Shown in pieces: positions 36,016 to 50,100 of a DNA stretch of 64,000 bases. Numbering within the stretch: the stretch's first letter is position 1; each line of letters opens with the position of its first letter. The notes beneath the pieces are model-generated. The model was not told the DNA's origin. It saw only the letters and a list, made by a program, of their open reading frames with translations, and searched no databases. Position numbers and translations under genes: made by a program. Source of the DNA: Patellaria atrata CBS 101060 (lineage: Eukaryota); contig MU006101.1 of assembly GCA_010093705.1 (NCBI GenBank), positions 667,673 through 731,672 of the forward strand. The letters run 5' to 3'.

Positions 36016-37115
36016 TCACTCCCAAGGATAAACCACCAACTTCCGCCCACTGACCCCAAGCACCTTCTCAAGCGCCGTCTGCATGGCTCCCAACCCTCCA
36101 TTCACCTTCTCACTCCTAGTAGGAACAACCTTCCCCTCATTTAGTGCCCAAGGGATATACGTTCCGAATACCCATTCTCTAAGCTCCTCATTCTGATCTA
36201 ACAAGATCGAATACGGGTGAAACACCACCTTCACGCTTTCCGGCGGCTGGTACGCCCGCGGTCCCATGGGCGGGAGCACGGTGGAGTACTCTCCGCCTCC
36301 GCTTCTGTCCAACAGGGTACTGAGGACCTCCGCAGCCGCGCCCGCACCGACAGCGTCGAAGAAACCGATATACGGCCCGTGGGACTCGAGCTCCGCGACG
36401 ATGGCCTCGGTTCCCTGCGTGTGGTCGACAATGTGCACGGGACCCATAGAGGCCACGAAATCCTTGTTCTGAGGGGAGGACGTGGTCACGACCTCATACC
36501 CCGCGTCGGTGGCGTATTTGACCGCGAACCCGCCGACGCTGCTCGAGCCGCCGTAGATCAACACCTTCCCTTCCTTCTTCTCCGCCTTCTCCCCGCTCGT
36601 CGGCGCGCGCGCGAGCCCGAGCGTGATGTTCAGGGCTGTGATTGCCGTGACGAGGTTCGTGATGACGATGGCACCATCCGAGGCGCTGGTTTCGGGGAAC
36701 AGCTTGAATGCGCTTCGGGGATCCGCGAGGGCGTACTTTTGGAATCCGCCGTAGCGCGGGTCGCCGATGTGGCTGGGCGTGCTGGCTGCGATGCGGTCCC
36801 CGGGGGCGAAGTTGGTGATATCTGAGCCGACGGCTTCGACGGTGCCGGCGAAGGACATGCCTAGGATGGTGGGGAAGTTTAGGGGACGGATTGGGAAGCT
36901 GGGGACGTGTTAGTTTGTGGGAGCTGGTGGAAGGGGGAAGGGGAGGTGTTTGAGGAGGGATGGGAGACTTACCGGGCCTGTTTCCCCTCGAGAGGGTTGA
37001 TGCCGATGACTTCATTCTTGACGAGAATCTCGTTGGGGCCGGGGGTGTATTTCTCGGCTGGGGCGACTCGGAGAGGTGTGTTAAGGGCGTCAATCCAAGC
37101 TGCTTCGTTGGCCAT
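36016..37115 (-). CDS. Medium-chain dehydrogenase/enoyl reductase-like oxidoreductase, 2 exons
   Basis: MANEAAWID...PGPNEILVKNEVIGINP, AGTVEAVGS, GGFQKY, VLIYGGSSSVGG and GVSGRKLVV. Intron at about 36899-36972. Confidence 0.9.
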
Positions 37116-37761
37116 GGCGATCCGAAGACGGAAGGAGTAATTGGAAAAGTCTTTATTAGGGATTCTAAGGTTTGGGAGAGTAAATGATGTGTGTTCGTAA
37201 ATTTGTAGGTATGTTGGTTTGTATCAGAAGCATTGAGGTTCTTGCTGTCCTTCTTCTACTCGGGGTGACGCTGTCTTTATATCTGTCCACGATAACCCCT
37301 TTGGTAGACATTGCTATTACCTGAAGAATCACCTCATGCATCCCTCCATGGGTAGGATGTAGTTCGTCATACATTTCCAGGTAGACAATTCACGTAAGCT
37401 CGTGCCATTTGAATCGCCGACGGATAGAATTCTTATTCAGTTCGTAGAATAATCCCTATTGTGCGTCGTGCGATGTTGGAGTTGAAATGTGCACTACCTA
37501 ATGCGGTAAGGCGTTATTCGGGGTCGCTCGGTCTCTAGCGGACTTATCGTTTTGCCGATGCTTACGCAAAATTCAGCGAAATTCCGCGACTATGCTATTT
37601 CTATTTAACAAAGTGTTCGTGGGCGATTCACTTATGTCCGAGATGGTTTTGGGGAGCTGAATAAAATGCATTCAAAGTGTAAGACCATGAACACACTGTA
37701 ATATTGCAAATTCTCTGTTTATGCTTATTCTTATCTTTGAAATTGGTATTGAGAGAGCATT

Positions 37762-39563
37762 TCAGGAATCAGCAAGTTCAGTCTCTGGCTGCGCATCCCT
37801 TTGCCTTGTCTTTTTACGTGCATCCACCTTATCGCGCCACGATCGTCCGTATATTGTCGTAATATAGACTCCTACTGTCCCTACGACGAGAAAGATAGCG
37901 GATATCGTTGAGAACCAACCCACACCTATGCTCTCAATAGCCGGAAGACATACTGCTGTCCCCAGGGCTCCGAAGAAGTATCGAACCATATAGTTACCAG
38001 CTGATTGCCGTTAGTCATGAGAGAAGAGACAATTTTCCAGTGCTAGGACATTTTGATCCTTAACACTGGAATGCTAAATAACAACTTACCAACAACTTCA
38101 GCCGACCGATGTTGCATGACGTCTAAACAGTACGTGTTTAAACTTGGGAAGCAGAAAAGCTGTGCGACACCTTGTAGGAACATTACGATGACAGGTAGAG
38201 GTATATCTCCCCTTCTTTTCTCGATACTCCAGCCGTATACGAGCATGCATCCAGGAATCACAACACCCATGGCGATTAAAGCACTTCGAAGTCGGTCTTC
38301 AGGAACTCGTTCGCCGCGTTTTCGGATCCATCTCTTAACAATGTGGTCGGCCCAGCGCCCACCAAAGAAAGTACCTAGTAGGTAGCCACATCCTGGTGCG
38401 ATGTAAAACAATCCCGATTGTAGAGGGGTTGTTAAATTGAACCGGGGATTTAGAACATAGCGAATCGGGGTTAGCAGAGAGTACATATTCCAAACCAGTG
38501 AGGAAGATGCTAGCCCCTGTGTACAGTCGAAACTAGATTAAAAAGCGTTTCCTATATAAAATCTTGGTGGAAGATACTTACCACGGTTAAGAGATTTGGA
38601 TATCGATACAAACGGACGACACGGGAGGGATTAGTCCATCCCCACAATTTCCTACTCTTTTCTTTCCTTGACAGGTCTTCAAGCTCCTCTGCACGTCTAT
38701 AATGAATGGTTTCCGGTAACAGAAATACAACAAGGAGAGTACCAAACCCTCCTAAGGCAGTCTGTAACCAGAATATATCGCGCCAGGTCTTAAAGGTAAC
38801 AATGATACCGCCCACGAATGGACCGAAAGCTGGGCCAATCAGAGTCCCACTCAGGAACCAGCCAAGTGCAGTAGCACGTTCAGTCTGAGAAGGAACATCA
38901 ATAATTGGAAATTCGCGTTAAGAGAATATTGTTGCGTACGGGTTTGAATATATCACCAATACAACTTGAGCCGAGAATCAAGAACGAGGTGCCTTGCCAT
39001 GCGGTCAACATTCGAAAAATGAAGAATGAAGCAACATTTGGGGCTAGAGCAGTGCCTACTGAGAAAGCAGTAAATAGGGCAGCACTCCATATACAGTTCT
39101 AAATAGCCGGATTAGCTATTGACTCTCAATGGAGATAAATGTAACATACCCATCTCCGTCCGAAAACTGAACCCATCGGGCCCCAAAATGTGGGACTAAG
39201 TCCCATAAAAACGAGATATAAACCATTGCTCAAGTTAATGATACTACCACTTGTAGAATAAGTTGCAGCGACTTCGGGTACGGCAGAGAGCACTGTAGTA
39301 GAGGATATTGGTGCTAAGAAACCACAAAAGGCTAAGACAGCAGTAATGATGTTCTTTCTGCTCCTTGGAAACTTGTCGTATACCTCATCGCCAACCTGTA
39401 CATTAGTTGTAACTTGATGCACCTCGTGGTTGCTGTCGTGACTTAGCGTCCTGCTGAGGCGAATTGGCTCCTCGGCTTCAGTGGTAATCCTTGCCTCTTT
39501 TTCTGGATCTTCGACAGAAGAATTCGGAAGAGGCGAAGATAGAGAGATATTGGCATTTGCCAT
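37762..39563 (-). CDS. MFS transporter, drug:H+ antiporter (DHA1) type, multi-exon
   Basis: FWGPMGSVFGRR (motif A), GSSCIGDIFKP, GTLIGPAFGPFVGG, WRDIFW, LPET, PEDRL and NTYCLDV; several short GT-AG introns. Confidence 0.9.
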
Positions 39564-40428
39564 AACAGACTATAGATGACATTGACTAGAATGTATATAC
39601 AGAGGAAAGGAAGCAAAGGTCGGCATGAGCGTAAAAGATATCATTCTTGATATGAATTAGAAAGGGGAATGCTGAAGTATAGGTGAGTCAGTAGACGAAT
39701 GCGTAGTAAAATCCTCACCCTGGCTATTTTCTATGTGCTCAATATCAATTGGCTGAATATAATAGCGTCCTAGAGATGGTGGCTATCTATCCCCGAAAGT
39801 GGAGGAGCCGAAGGCTATTATTTGCCGTTAGATCGCTGGAAGAGCGGCATTATTCCCGAAATTTTTTCAAGGCGATAACTTCATACTGTAACAACTAGAG
39901 TCCTATTCCAGAATATCGAAAAAAAAAGATTGGTGTCTGGGTTTTTGAGGAAGTAAAATTGAGGGTTCTCAGCGGAATTATAATGCGAGCTCCTACTGGC
40001 GCGCGTAGTGATGCTGATTAGGGCTAATCACATCACGAAAGGTAGGTATGACACAAAAGCAACGTGATGGTTCTGATCGGACTAAACTTCAGATCGCCGC
40101 GAAGTCTCTATATAGATAAGGATCTGATATAGTTTTGTGCTGAAAAGCAATATGTACAATACAGCCGGTTTTGAGTGGTGAGTCGGAAAAGAAATCTTTT
40201 ACTGTATTCCCAAAAGAGCCACGCCCTTCTGTACGTTCTGCTAGAGGGCAGTTAATCCATCCCGTTAACCAAGTAGCTCATGTGCCCACTCTACGTATAG
40301 CCCTGCTCCTGACGCCCAAAAAACCTCCTCATTGAATCGTCATATTGCCTTCCGTAGATATGCCGCCCCGTTTATGCTGATGCCGAACGCCTTGTAAATG
40401 CACTTCGAACTTTTCTTCTTCCTTCCCT

Positions 40429-40956
40429 CTATAAACTGACCTGATCGATACTGATCCTATCGATACTCCTGGGTCTCTTGACCATACCAAGCTTGTAGTA
40501 TCTTTCTTCACCGGTTGCTGTTCTGCCTCCGATATACCACTTCTCAGCACCAATAACTTCCCGAAATCCCTCATTAGAGCTGTCAGAACCTCTTCGTTGT
40601 CTGCTTGAGGGAGAGCCTAGAGTGAACCCATTGGTGCCCGGAGAAGCAGGAGATTTGGAATATGGTGATGTCGAGTGTTGTCTAGCAGATTGAAATTGAC
40701 CAGTCATTTGCACAGCGGCCGTAGTGGCACCTGCGTTATGCTGACCGGATTTCGTTGTGATGTTGTGGGGGTTTGAGGTACTAGTCGTCGCAGTGGAGCT
40801 TTGAGTGTTTGCTGTCGATGCTGACGTCGTATATGAATGTGAGCTCTGCGCAGAGTTTACGGCTGTGGAAGGGCCAGTTGGTGAAGCTTTGGGCAGCGCA
40901 GATTGCGCTCTGAACGCGGCGAGGAAGTTGTACATGAAGGGTCTGTTGGTGGGCAT
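40429..40956 (-). CDS. Conserved fungal hypothetical protein (Ser/Thr-rich centre, conserved ends)
   Basis: MPTNRPFMYNFLAAFRA...RRGSDSSNEGFREVIGAEKWYIGGRTATGEERYYKLGMV resembles a small protein family I recall from Pezizomycotina. Confidence 0.7.
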   Translation of the reverse strand: MPTNRPFMYNFLAAFRAQSALPKASPTGPSTAVNSAQSSHSYTTSASTANTQSSTATTSTSNPHNITTKSGQHNAGATTAAVQMTGQFQSARQHSTSPYSKSPASPGTNGFTLGSPSSRQRRGSDSSNEGFREVIGAEKWYIGGRTATGEERYYKLGMVKRPRSIDRISIDQVSL

Positions 40957-43900
40957 GATAACGCGAGAATGAGAGAGTGAGCTCTCGCAAAGACTCCAGG
41001 TAGGGACAGGGAAAGCTTTATGTCTCTTTACTACAGCTTCATCCCCCAGTAGGACCAGGTCAAAGAGGCGTTCATGCAGGATGAGTATTAGGCGACAACA
41101 GCGGTGACTGGATCAAAAGTCCGTGCCGTGCGAGTGTCAAGTCCGTATGATTGCAGAAAACGGTTACACGAAAGGGGTTCTGTCGAAGGAAATTTCTTTC
41201 TATGTGAGAAAGGATCTGACTGTGCAGCGGGACGTTCCACGAGGTCTGTAGAGGATTCTTGTACTGTGATGGGCAGTTCACCAAAGTTGGCCCAAGTTGG
41301 CCCAACCTGGATGACGAAAAGATTTCGGCTACGCGGCGATTGGTCAGACACCGCCGAGGTTCCAAAAGAAACGGTTTACCGACTCAGGACGAACAATCAA
41401 CCTTAAGAGTTACAGCAAGCAAAAGAAACAATTTCGCAAGGAGGGAAGATATGGATGTGATTAAGGTATTTAAGATAAGAAAATCCGGGGAAGTGGACCA
41501 CGGCTAACAGTGTACTGAGAGAGTCTACAGTGTGTCTGCAACATGCGATCATGCCAGGGCGCCATCGTCGAACCCCTCAACGCTGCAGCCTATGAAGAAT
41601 CTCACGATGTCATGGAAAGCATGTGAGAATTAAGGGCATAATTACCTTAGTTCTAGTTGACATGCATCTTATCTGAAGCGGACCTCGCTCGCAAGGTCGC
41701 CTAGCAAAGCCCCATCTCTCAATCATGTCATTGTCACTCTTTCGCATCGTTCGCAGAGTCTTGTAAAAAGCAAAAACGGGTCTACGGAGATGCATCCCAC
41801 CAGACTCATGAAGAGGAGGAGGCCTGCAGAGTAGCCAATAACGATTTGTCTCTTGGACCATTCCCCTCGAGCTCTTGGGACTAATATGTTGAAGACTTGT
41901 ACAGAGTACATTATAATGGAAAACTCCTCTCTTCTCCTTGACCTCTGTCGAGTTTGGTAAAGAATTCATGCTGGTCAGTATCGTGCTTTTCGACTTTTAA
42001 ACTGGAAACCATCACGCCGTTTGATGGGGCCTTTCCTCAGATTCGCCTTGATAGAACCAATGAGAGAGAGGGTAACTACGGTAGCTGTGCCAGGCAACAA
42101 GAATATGTGTTCATAGTGGAAGCCGGCCTGTGAGCGATCCTTCCGTCTGCTTCCCACGATCCATAAAATATTATTACTTTGGGTGAAGTCCTTTATCTTG
42201 AATGTTTCTTTAGCTAATAATACAGAATCTCTCCTGCTGCCGCGGTAGTATCTGTACTGTTTTATGCCAAGGTTTTGGACATGGCTCGTGGCAAGTGATC
42301 CCTAGAGAGAAACCGAACTTTCAATCCAAAAATTTTATATCGCACATGGATCTGCGAGATTATTGACCGCGATATCAGATAACCGTGTTTCACCACTCCT
42401 TGATCAACTGGGGAGCAAAGGACCAAAAAAAATCATGCGTTTAAGAACACACATTGATATATGAGTTTATGCCAAGATTTCGTAAGCCGAAACTGAACTT
42501 GCTCGCATATCGATCTTCTAGCTTTTTTAACCCTTAAGATACTTTCTTGGGAGGTTTTGATAGATATTATGTATATGGTAAAGTTTTCAAGGTAGGGACC
42601 TGGTCGGTGTCCAGCACAGAAGTTGAATAAGCACACATTGCACATTTAGGGTAGAACCAACCTACCGTAACCTAACCTTACAGGGAGCCATCCCTACCGT
42701 GGCACGGTTTGTACTTCCAAACTCTAACAATACATCATCTCTAACTTTGCTGTCTTCAATAATCAACTTAGGATGTATTCCATTAGACTTATCATTCTGA
42801 CACGTGTGGTAACACTGAAAGATAGAACAGGCTATATATGTCGGCGTCCTTTTCGAACGCGGCCCGCCGAAAGTCACCTCCCTCTAAACTTACACCTGCC
42901 CCACGGTCCATAGGTACCTACAAAGTAATGTATAGGCCAGGAACCTGAGATTTGATAGATGATAAACTTTGATAGCTAAGTTAATCCTACATATTTTTCC
43001 CGATATAGTGTCCTCTCCCAATACAAAGTATAATAGGTTCCCAGACGCTATGGGAATGATATACAGATAGCTAACAGGCTGGCAACGTACTGGTCCAACA
43101 TGCTCGTTGTAGATCCTCTCATGACATATATCAGAAACTTGGAAATTCTTTCCACTGTGGTACAAAATATCCCTCTTAGACAGGATGCAGAATCCCGTAC
43201 CGTTAATGACCATCCCTTTGTCATGTCGTCAATGTTGTGGGTCTTCTATTCGAACAGTTTCCCACTCCTATTGATAACCGGTGTCACATATATGGAGAAT
43301 TCCTCAACTCTAGTTCTGATTATATCTGCTACATGCCGGATAGTCTCCATTGTGATTACGATGATAATGCCGCCGTACTTAAGGCGGGCCAGCAGATGTC
43401 CAATTGGAACTGGGATAAGATTTCAACACTTTGCCAAATAAACGAAAATCGGTTCCATTTACAGTGCTGACCAGTCTTCTGAAATATAGATCCACATTTG
43501 AAATGGTGCACTAAATATCTTGCTTATTCATCATATACGGGATTTTACTACGGTTTCTGAGCTGTGTATGGACTTTCGTATAGTAATGTGCATTTTGCAT
43601 TTCTTGTTGTTGTCTAGCTTTGATTGCTCAGCCTCGTTCGTGTGAATACTTGCATATCAAAAGTAATGGATTGTGACCTGGAATAGTGGCCCAAACTTCT
43701 TGTATTACATTGTTAAACGGCAGTCTACTTCATCGATGAAACTCAACTCCTCGGACTGGCTAACATAACCGGATAGCTACTTCTCCTAGTAATTTTCCGC
43801 TGGTGTTCCGACAGGTTTATCTCTTTTCATATCTCACTCGGTTGCAAACAAGACGGCATGCTACTTGGCTTGACTGCACTGTAACTTCGGAGCATATGTA

Positions 43901-44163
43901 GCTGAGATCAAAGCTATTCCTGTTTTGAACGTAGACTTATCGAAAATTTTGTAGTGGGGAAGATATATCAGTCTGTTCTTCCCGCTCTTTTCTTGGAAAA
44001 TTCTTCCGTCTGCTCGCTGTACGCTACATCTGCAAACGCGTCCTCATTCTCGTGATTTTTAACCAACGCGTCAACACCTCCGACTTCTACACAATTTTTT
44101 CTACTGGCATTCTACACAACAATAAACTCTCTTTGTTTATCTCAGTAGTGGGAACTAGGAAGC

Positions 44164-47100
44164 ATGGCTTCGTTAAATCTGATCTTTAACCATTTAGTCC
44201 TCCCTCCCAAGCTCCCAGAGCAGGCTGACCCAGACCCCAACGAGGTTACCTTCAATATCCTGGGTCGCATTACGGACGCATGCGAAACTCTGCGTCAATT
44301 GACAGGCAATGAGCAGGAAGAAATCTGGGCAACAGTTGCGGACTCTGTTCGCATTTGTTCAGATCTGAATCAAGGTCGTCTTGGGAGGGTGTCTCTCATG
44401 CGAGAGTTTCATAATCTGCAGCGAGAATGATTCTCATTTTGCATGTAGTGGAGCAGAATGCAGCTCATCTCATTCGGCGCCATTCAAAGTAAGAACTCTA
44501 GCTCAGGAATGGAACGACAGATAACTGACAAAACATGATGGCCTAGTAACGGCGTAGATTCCTTAATATTCGAAGCGTTTGAAGCGTCACCGGACTCTGA
44601 GCATGTTCTCGCTGCTGAGGGTGCGCTTCAGTGGGATTTTCCGGGTCGTACTGCGGAGCTTCCTATCGCGGAATCCCAAAATACCACTTTCCAAGAAACT
44701 CTCGCTACCTTTCTTGAGCAGGCTAGCATGGAATCCTTAATCCGCTTCGCAGCGCGCTCTCTCAAAGCAAATACATCTATTATCGAGTCCCAGAACACAA
44801 CTGATCCAGCTCTCGTAACTCAAATGCTCATGCGATTTCTTGAAGCACTCGGGTCTTCGATTGATGTAGTCAAATTGCGAAAGCGAGTAAGGGACAGTGT
44901 CAGCATAGATCGAGCCGAACTCCCTTGGAGACGATCTCCATTCTGGCTTATAATGCGTGTTGCAATCCACAGTCAGCTTTCTGTCGCGCTGTGAGACCAT
45001 ACTGGACGAGCATTTTATAAATTCTTCATCTTCACTGTGCTCACACAGCTCTTCTGTGACTGTGTTAGCCAGATTTCCTCCGATATGACGACATTAGTCA
45101 AAGCTAAGTTATGCCGTCGTCTTGCAAAGCTGAAAATCCAGAGAAGTCACGCTACGTCCACAATCTATGAGCAATTATTCAGCTATACCACCCCTTTCTT
45201 CTCGAGAACGATTGAAAACGTCACAGAACAGAGAGACATTGCTTGGACGAAATTCAAGTCATCCATTGTCAGGCGCATTCCAAGACTTCCATCCCGTGCG
45301 GATGAACAGAGCCTCCAGCTCTCCCTACCGAACAGCGGTAAATGTCTCTCTGATGTTCTTTTTTTCCGGTCTACTGGGAGACCCACTTCGACATTTCGAG
45401 CTTCAATCTTTACTGCGGTTGGAGAAGAAGCCATCCAGAATTTCACTAGTCGCTACTATAAGTTGGCGAATCTGGAGACAAAGGTCGAGCACGATCGAGC
45501 TCCAACTCCTGAATCTGCATCTGACTGTCAATCTCGATGTTTGGACTTAGCAAAAGTCGATGAACGCTCTATTCGGCGCGCTTGGAGGCGCATATGACAA
45601 TAGCCCTGAACAAATTAGTATTTTCCTTCTGAATTTGTTCGACAAGTGGGTTCAGATGGATTTGTGTGCCGTGAAAGCTTGTCATCTTCTGCTCGACTAT
45701 CACCCTGTGTTCATACCTGAGCTTCTAGACGTTCTTCAACTGCCAACTTTCAGAGATATGGAACGGTTGCAACATATCCAGAGATATCTTCAGGAAAGGT
45801 CTGCAAACTGTAGACTTGCGCAGTTGACAATTCTTAGCGAACCGAGCACTGAGTGTTTCGCCTTGAGATACACGGAACATTCAGCGGAGTTATGCAATCT
45901 TCGGCGCAGAATCGAAGATGCCTCGGATAGAGCCCGCGAACAAAAGGAGCGTGAATGGAGCCATAGTACCCAAGAGTACGATTCTCTCAGCGAAAAGATT
46001 GAGAACCTATCTTGTACTTGCAAGATCAAGCTGGATGGGTCGCGCGATGTTCACGGCTGTAAGAAGTGTTGGTACTTCAGATGTCGGAAAAGGTTGAGGA
46101 TCACTGTTCACGAGGATTATCTTTCTCAAGATGCTGCTCAAAAAGCTGCTGTGGTGTTCGAGCTGCAAATACCAGGTTACCTAGCGGCATATCGAAACGT
46201 AACATGGCGAATAATCCGCGATTTTGGACATCCCGCCAAACCTAATAAAACATCGCCAGCCATGTTGCTTAATGACTACTCCCAGCTTCAAGGCTTCCTA
46301 AGGGTAGCTTCGAATAGTGTATGTCTTGCATCCATGAGTAAGTCCTTCCTCCAAACACATTTCAAGGCGATCAAAATGAAAGCACCTGTTTCCAAAGTTC
46401 TTTTCCCATTAGGCCTAGAGTTTTAATACTACGATATGGATTCTAAACTACTATTGAGCCAACTGGATAGGCTATTAACTTTTCAACACCTTTACAGACT
46501 TCATGTCCTTCGTGGACTGAACTCAATCATTCCACAGTCAACCCATCCTGCTACTAGTGTAGATGGGCCATCGTCATACGAGATAATTGCTAGTCAAACC
46601 AAATGCTCATCGGACCTTTCTGTTCATGAGTTTATGAGCTATCAAAGACTACTTTCGGGGTACAACCGTCGTTGGCCGACGATGCTAGTTGAGTCAGGTG
46701 CTTCAAACCTAAACTTCAGTAACGAGAGTACTATGTATGTCCTTAGCCAGCTCGCAGTACAGGCTGGACCAGTTTAAAACCGAGACGATCCTCTACGAGA
46801 TATCCACGTGATCTTTCGGGATATGTCAATTTGTCAGCGCCTGGCCGAACGCGTCGAAAATCGTCTTTGAAATATAACCTCAAATTGGCGCGAGTCATAT
46901 TGCATGGGGCTGCTCATCACACTCAGTCTCTGACTTTCCACTCTGACCCCTGAGGCGTCTCAGGAGACCGCAAAGAAGTTGCTGAATATCGCTCGCAAAA
47001 TTACATTACAATGGGTATCATCCCTCCGTAATGAGGTTAGAAAAGCGTCCGATTCTGATACAGTACAGAGAATGGCCCACTATGGTCTCTGGGCTGCTCT

Positions 47101-50100
47101 TCCCTGTCGACGGACCTTTTCAACTTTTGCCGAGACGGGTAATGCTATGGATGCAGATCATATGTGCTCATTCGTTGAAGCTTCGCTAGCTTTACGAGAT
47201 AACCTTATGCTAGACATTGAGAAGCTGCCCCAGAGCTTAAAAACTATGCTGGTTCGAGACACCAAGTTTGGATCTAAGATGGAAGAGATACTCCGCCGCT
47301 CCATAGATCACCATCCCGAGAGTGTCGCTACTGCTTTTAACAAAAGCTAGTCCGACTCTGCGAATTCCCTGGGTAGAACTTATTCAACCTGGCGATTTCT
47401 CTCTTCTCCCCATGAGAAATGGATCGTCTCAAATATCACGTCGAACCTAAATGGGGCTATCATTTCTCAGGTAGTTCGTTACAACTTTGTTGAAGGACAT
47501 CTCCTTGTAGACGGATAACCTTTGGGCAAATTACCCCGAGATATCACAGAATTGGAGGATGTCAAAGAATTATTTGGAACTCAGCATCTCTTAACATATC
47601 CGTCTTCACTCAACGGTATGTCCCATATGCTTGTAAACCGCATTCTTGGACAGGAGATTCATTTTGGACTTCGCAAGGAAGGCGTGGTAATCAGGGCTCT
47701 TACAAAGGACGGTCTTCTCCAGTATGTACCTTGCCGTGTGTTTACGAACGAAGATTCGGTTGATATTCCATTGAGTCTTATCCAAGATTGCGTACATTGG
47801 GCGAATATCAACTCGAGGCATATAGAGTTCCGGCGCAAACCTGCAATTTGGAAAACCAGGCCAGGTAATTGGGTCATGGATCTCACTACTCGTCACGTAC
47901 GACGAAGAAACTCTCTATTAGTCGACCCCCATTCTGACCTTTTTCGATGCGTTGCGGGGATCTTTGGTCATTTTGAGGAAACGAAACGGTTCACAAGTTT
48001 CCAACCTCACAGAGGACTTCTTTCGGTTGAGATTCGACATCTGGAGCTTTCGTTCTTCGGTAATAGCAATGGCCTCCTTCAGTGCCGGGAGTTACAGGCC
48101 GAAATGGATCCGAATCAAGACGCAGGGACCTGGTACGGACTTGAGAGCAAAGTTGTCCTACGCGATATACATGATACAGAGCGCCGTAGCATAATTGCAG
48201 CTTTAGGAGCGCTGAAATATCAGCGTCGTGGGATGCATGTCACTGTACGGGCAACCACTACCAATGAATATGGTAGGTTTTGGATTGATAATCTACTTGG
48301 GCGATTATTGTGCCCACCGGAACCTCGATTGCTACATTCAAAGGCCCAATTTCATGCGTTCACATCATTTGTTCTTCCAGACCCTCTGACAGGCCGAACC
48401 GGTACTGAAGAAGCTTTTCATACGCTTAGGTCTGGGTACTGTCAACCATGGGTACCGTTAAATGACGATCTTAAAACTATATTAAAGGCGATCAAAAGGC
48501 TGAGTCCGCAGAGGGAATACTATCCCGAAGACAAGCGAAAACTTCAACAAGTTAAATGGGACAAAAGTCTGACTATGCTGATCCAGCACGAGAATTGTGA
48601 GCCACTAGTCGAAGAAATCCTAAGAAAATCTAACCGGCTCCAAGCTTTTACCCAGCTTGACCAAGCTGAAGAAGAATCTGACCATGATATCCTATCGCAT
48701 CTTCGGAAGCGCGTTTCCGCCCATCGATTGATCTACGAGCGGGATAGCTCGATCTATGGGATTAATCGGACAGTCGAGGACACTGTCTACCAACCAAGAG
48801 ACCGAAATGCAAATCTAGTGCAATCAAGGAATGTATATCAGGTTGTGAAACTCTTGTTGAAACGACCATTCTCTATACCGTTCCCCAAGATGCATTTCAC
48901 GGCCATGTTGGGTGATTGGAAGCTCATTGGCAGATTCGGAAATGACCCTAACTGTCTCTCTCATTCCATGATTGATCTCATTGAAAGCAATATTGCCGAG
49001 AAATGGGGTTCTCCGATGGACGTTTGGTGACATTCAGATGCTCAGGATGCTCATGGTCTTATGTTTCGCCTAAGTCTATTGTCATTCGACCGGAATGCCG
49101 ATATGGACGTAATCATATCACTGGCCGCAATTTGTTGCCTGAAAGAATTGAAAGCTCTCCCCCTCCCCCCCGCCCCAAATGGTCCTTCATTCTCTGGTTT
49201 CAAGCTAAATGAAGATCTAGAGCTACACACGGTCTTGAAATATACTGAACTTGGATACCCCAAGTACACCCCGAATCATTCACAGAGGGAATCTGATCAG
49301 GATAGAGCCTGAGCACCATCGAACGAAGTGTGAGGAAGATGCTCAAATGCTCGCTCGTTATATCCATAACCAGTGGCCAACCCCAACTCCATCAACCCTA
49401 GCATTCCAGTCGACAATCATCAATGTCAATTCGGTCATGGAAAACCTCCTGCCAGAGTAGAGCCGCCTCTATCACAATAAACAGCTGTCTGCATATGCAT
49501 TAGAGGCTCAGAAAATATTGGATCGATGTACAGAGTCGATGGGTTTTCCCGCGCCGAAAGCCTGGTCCGCACACCGGATAATATCTTCAGACCCTCACCG
49601 TAGTATTATTACTTCATCCCTATCTCGCGATCTAGTACTTAAAGACGGCCCGCTTAATTGGGCATTCCCACCTGATACTAAGGAGTCGCATGCGGACAAA
49701 AGCCTACCGCTAGGTGTCAACCTATATCATAATATTGATTTAACCCGCGAAAAAAGCCCGTCTAAAGATGTGTTTGAGCTTCGCAGGATCCTCAATCCAT
49801 TCGCCACGTCCCCGGACGTCCAGCGGCAACATTATGGTTATGACCTGAGGCGAAGTCTCGACGCAATACAGAACCTTCACACCCTACCTCCAGTTCGAGA
49901 GGCAACACCACGGATAGAAGATCTCACAAGGACTTTAGAGACATGCAATATTGCCGTAAGACATCAGCTTGGTCGCATCGTAGATTCGCTATACTTCGAA
50001 GATCCACGCCACAAATGGCTCCAAATTGGCCATATATGGCCGTGTATCACTCCAGTGACCCTTCTTGAGTTACTACGTACATGCTCTGACTATAGATATT

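Noticed and set aside
35960..39563. Secondary-metabolite cluster suggested by the adjacent reductase and MFS genes
   Set aside because: There is no PKS, NRPS, terpene synthase or cluster regulator in the window.
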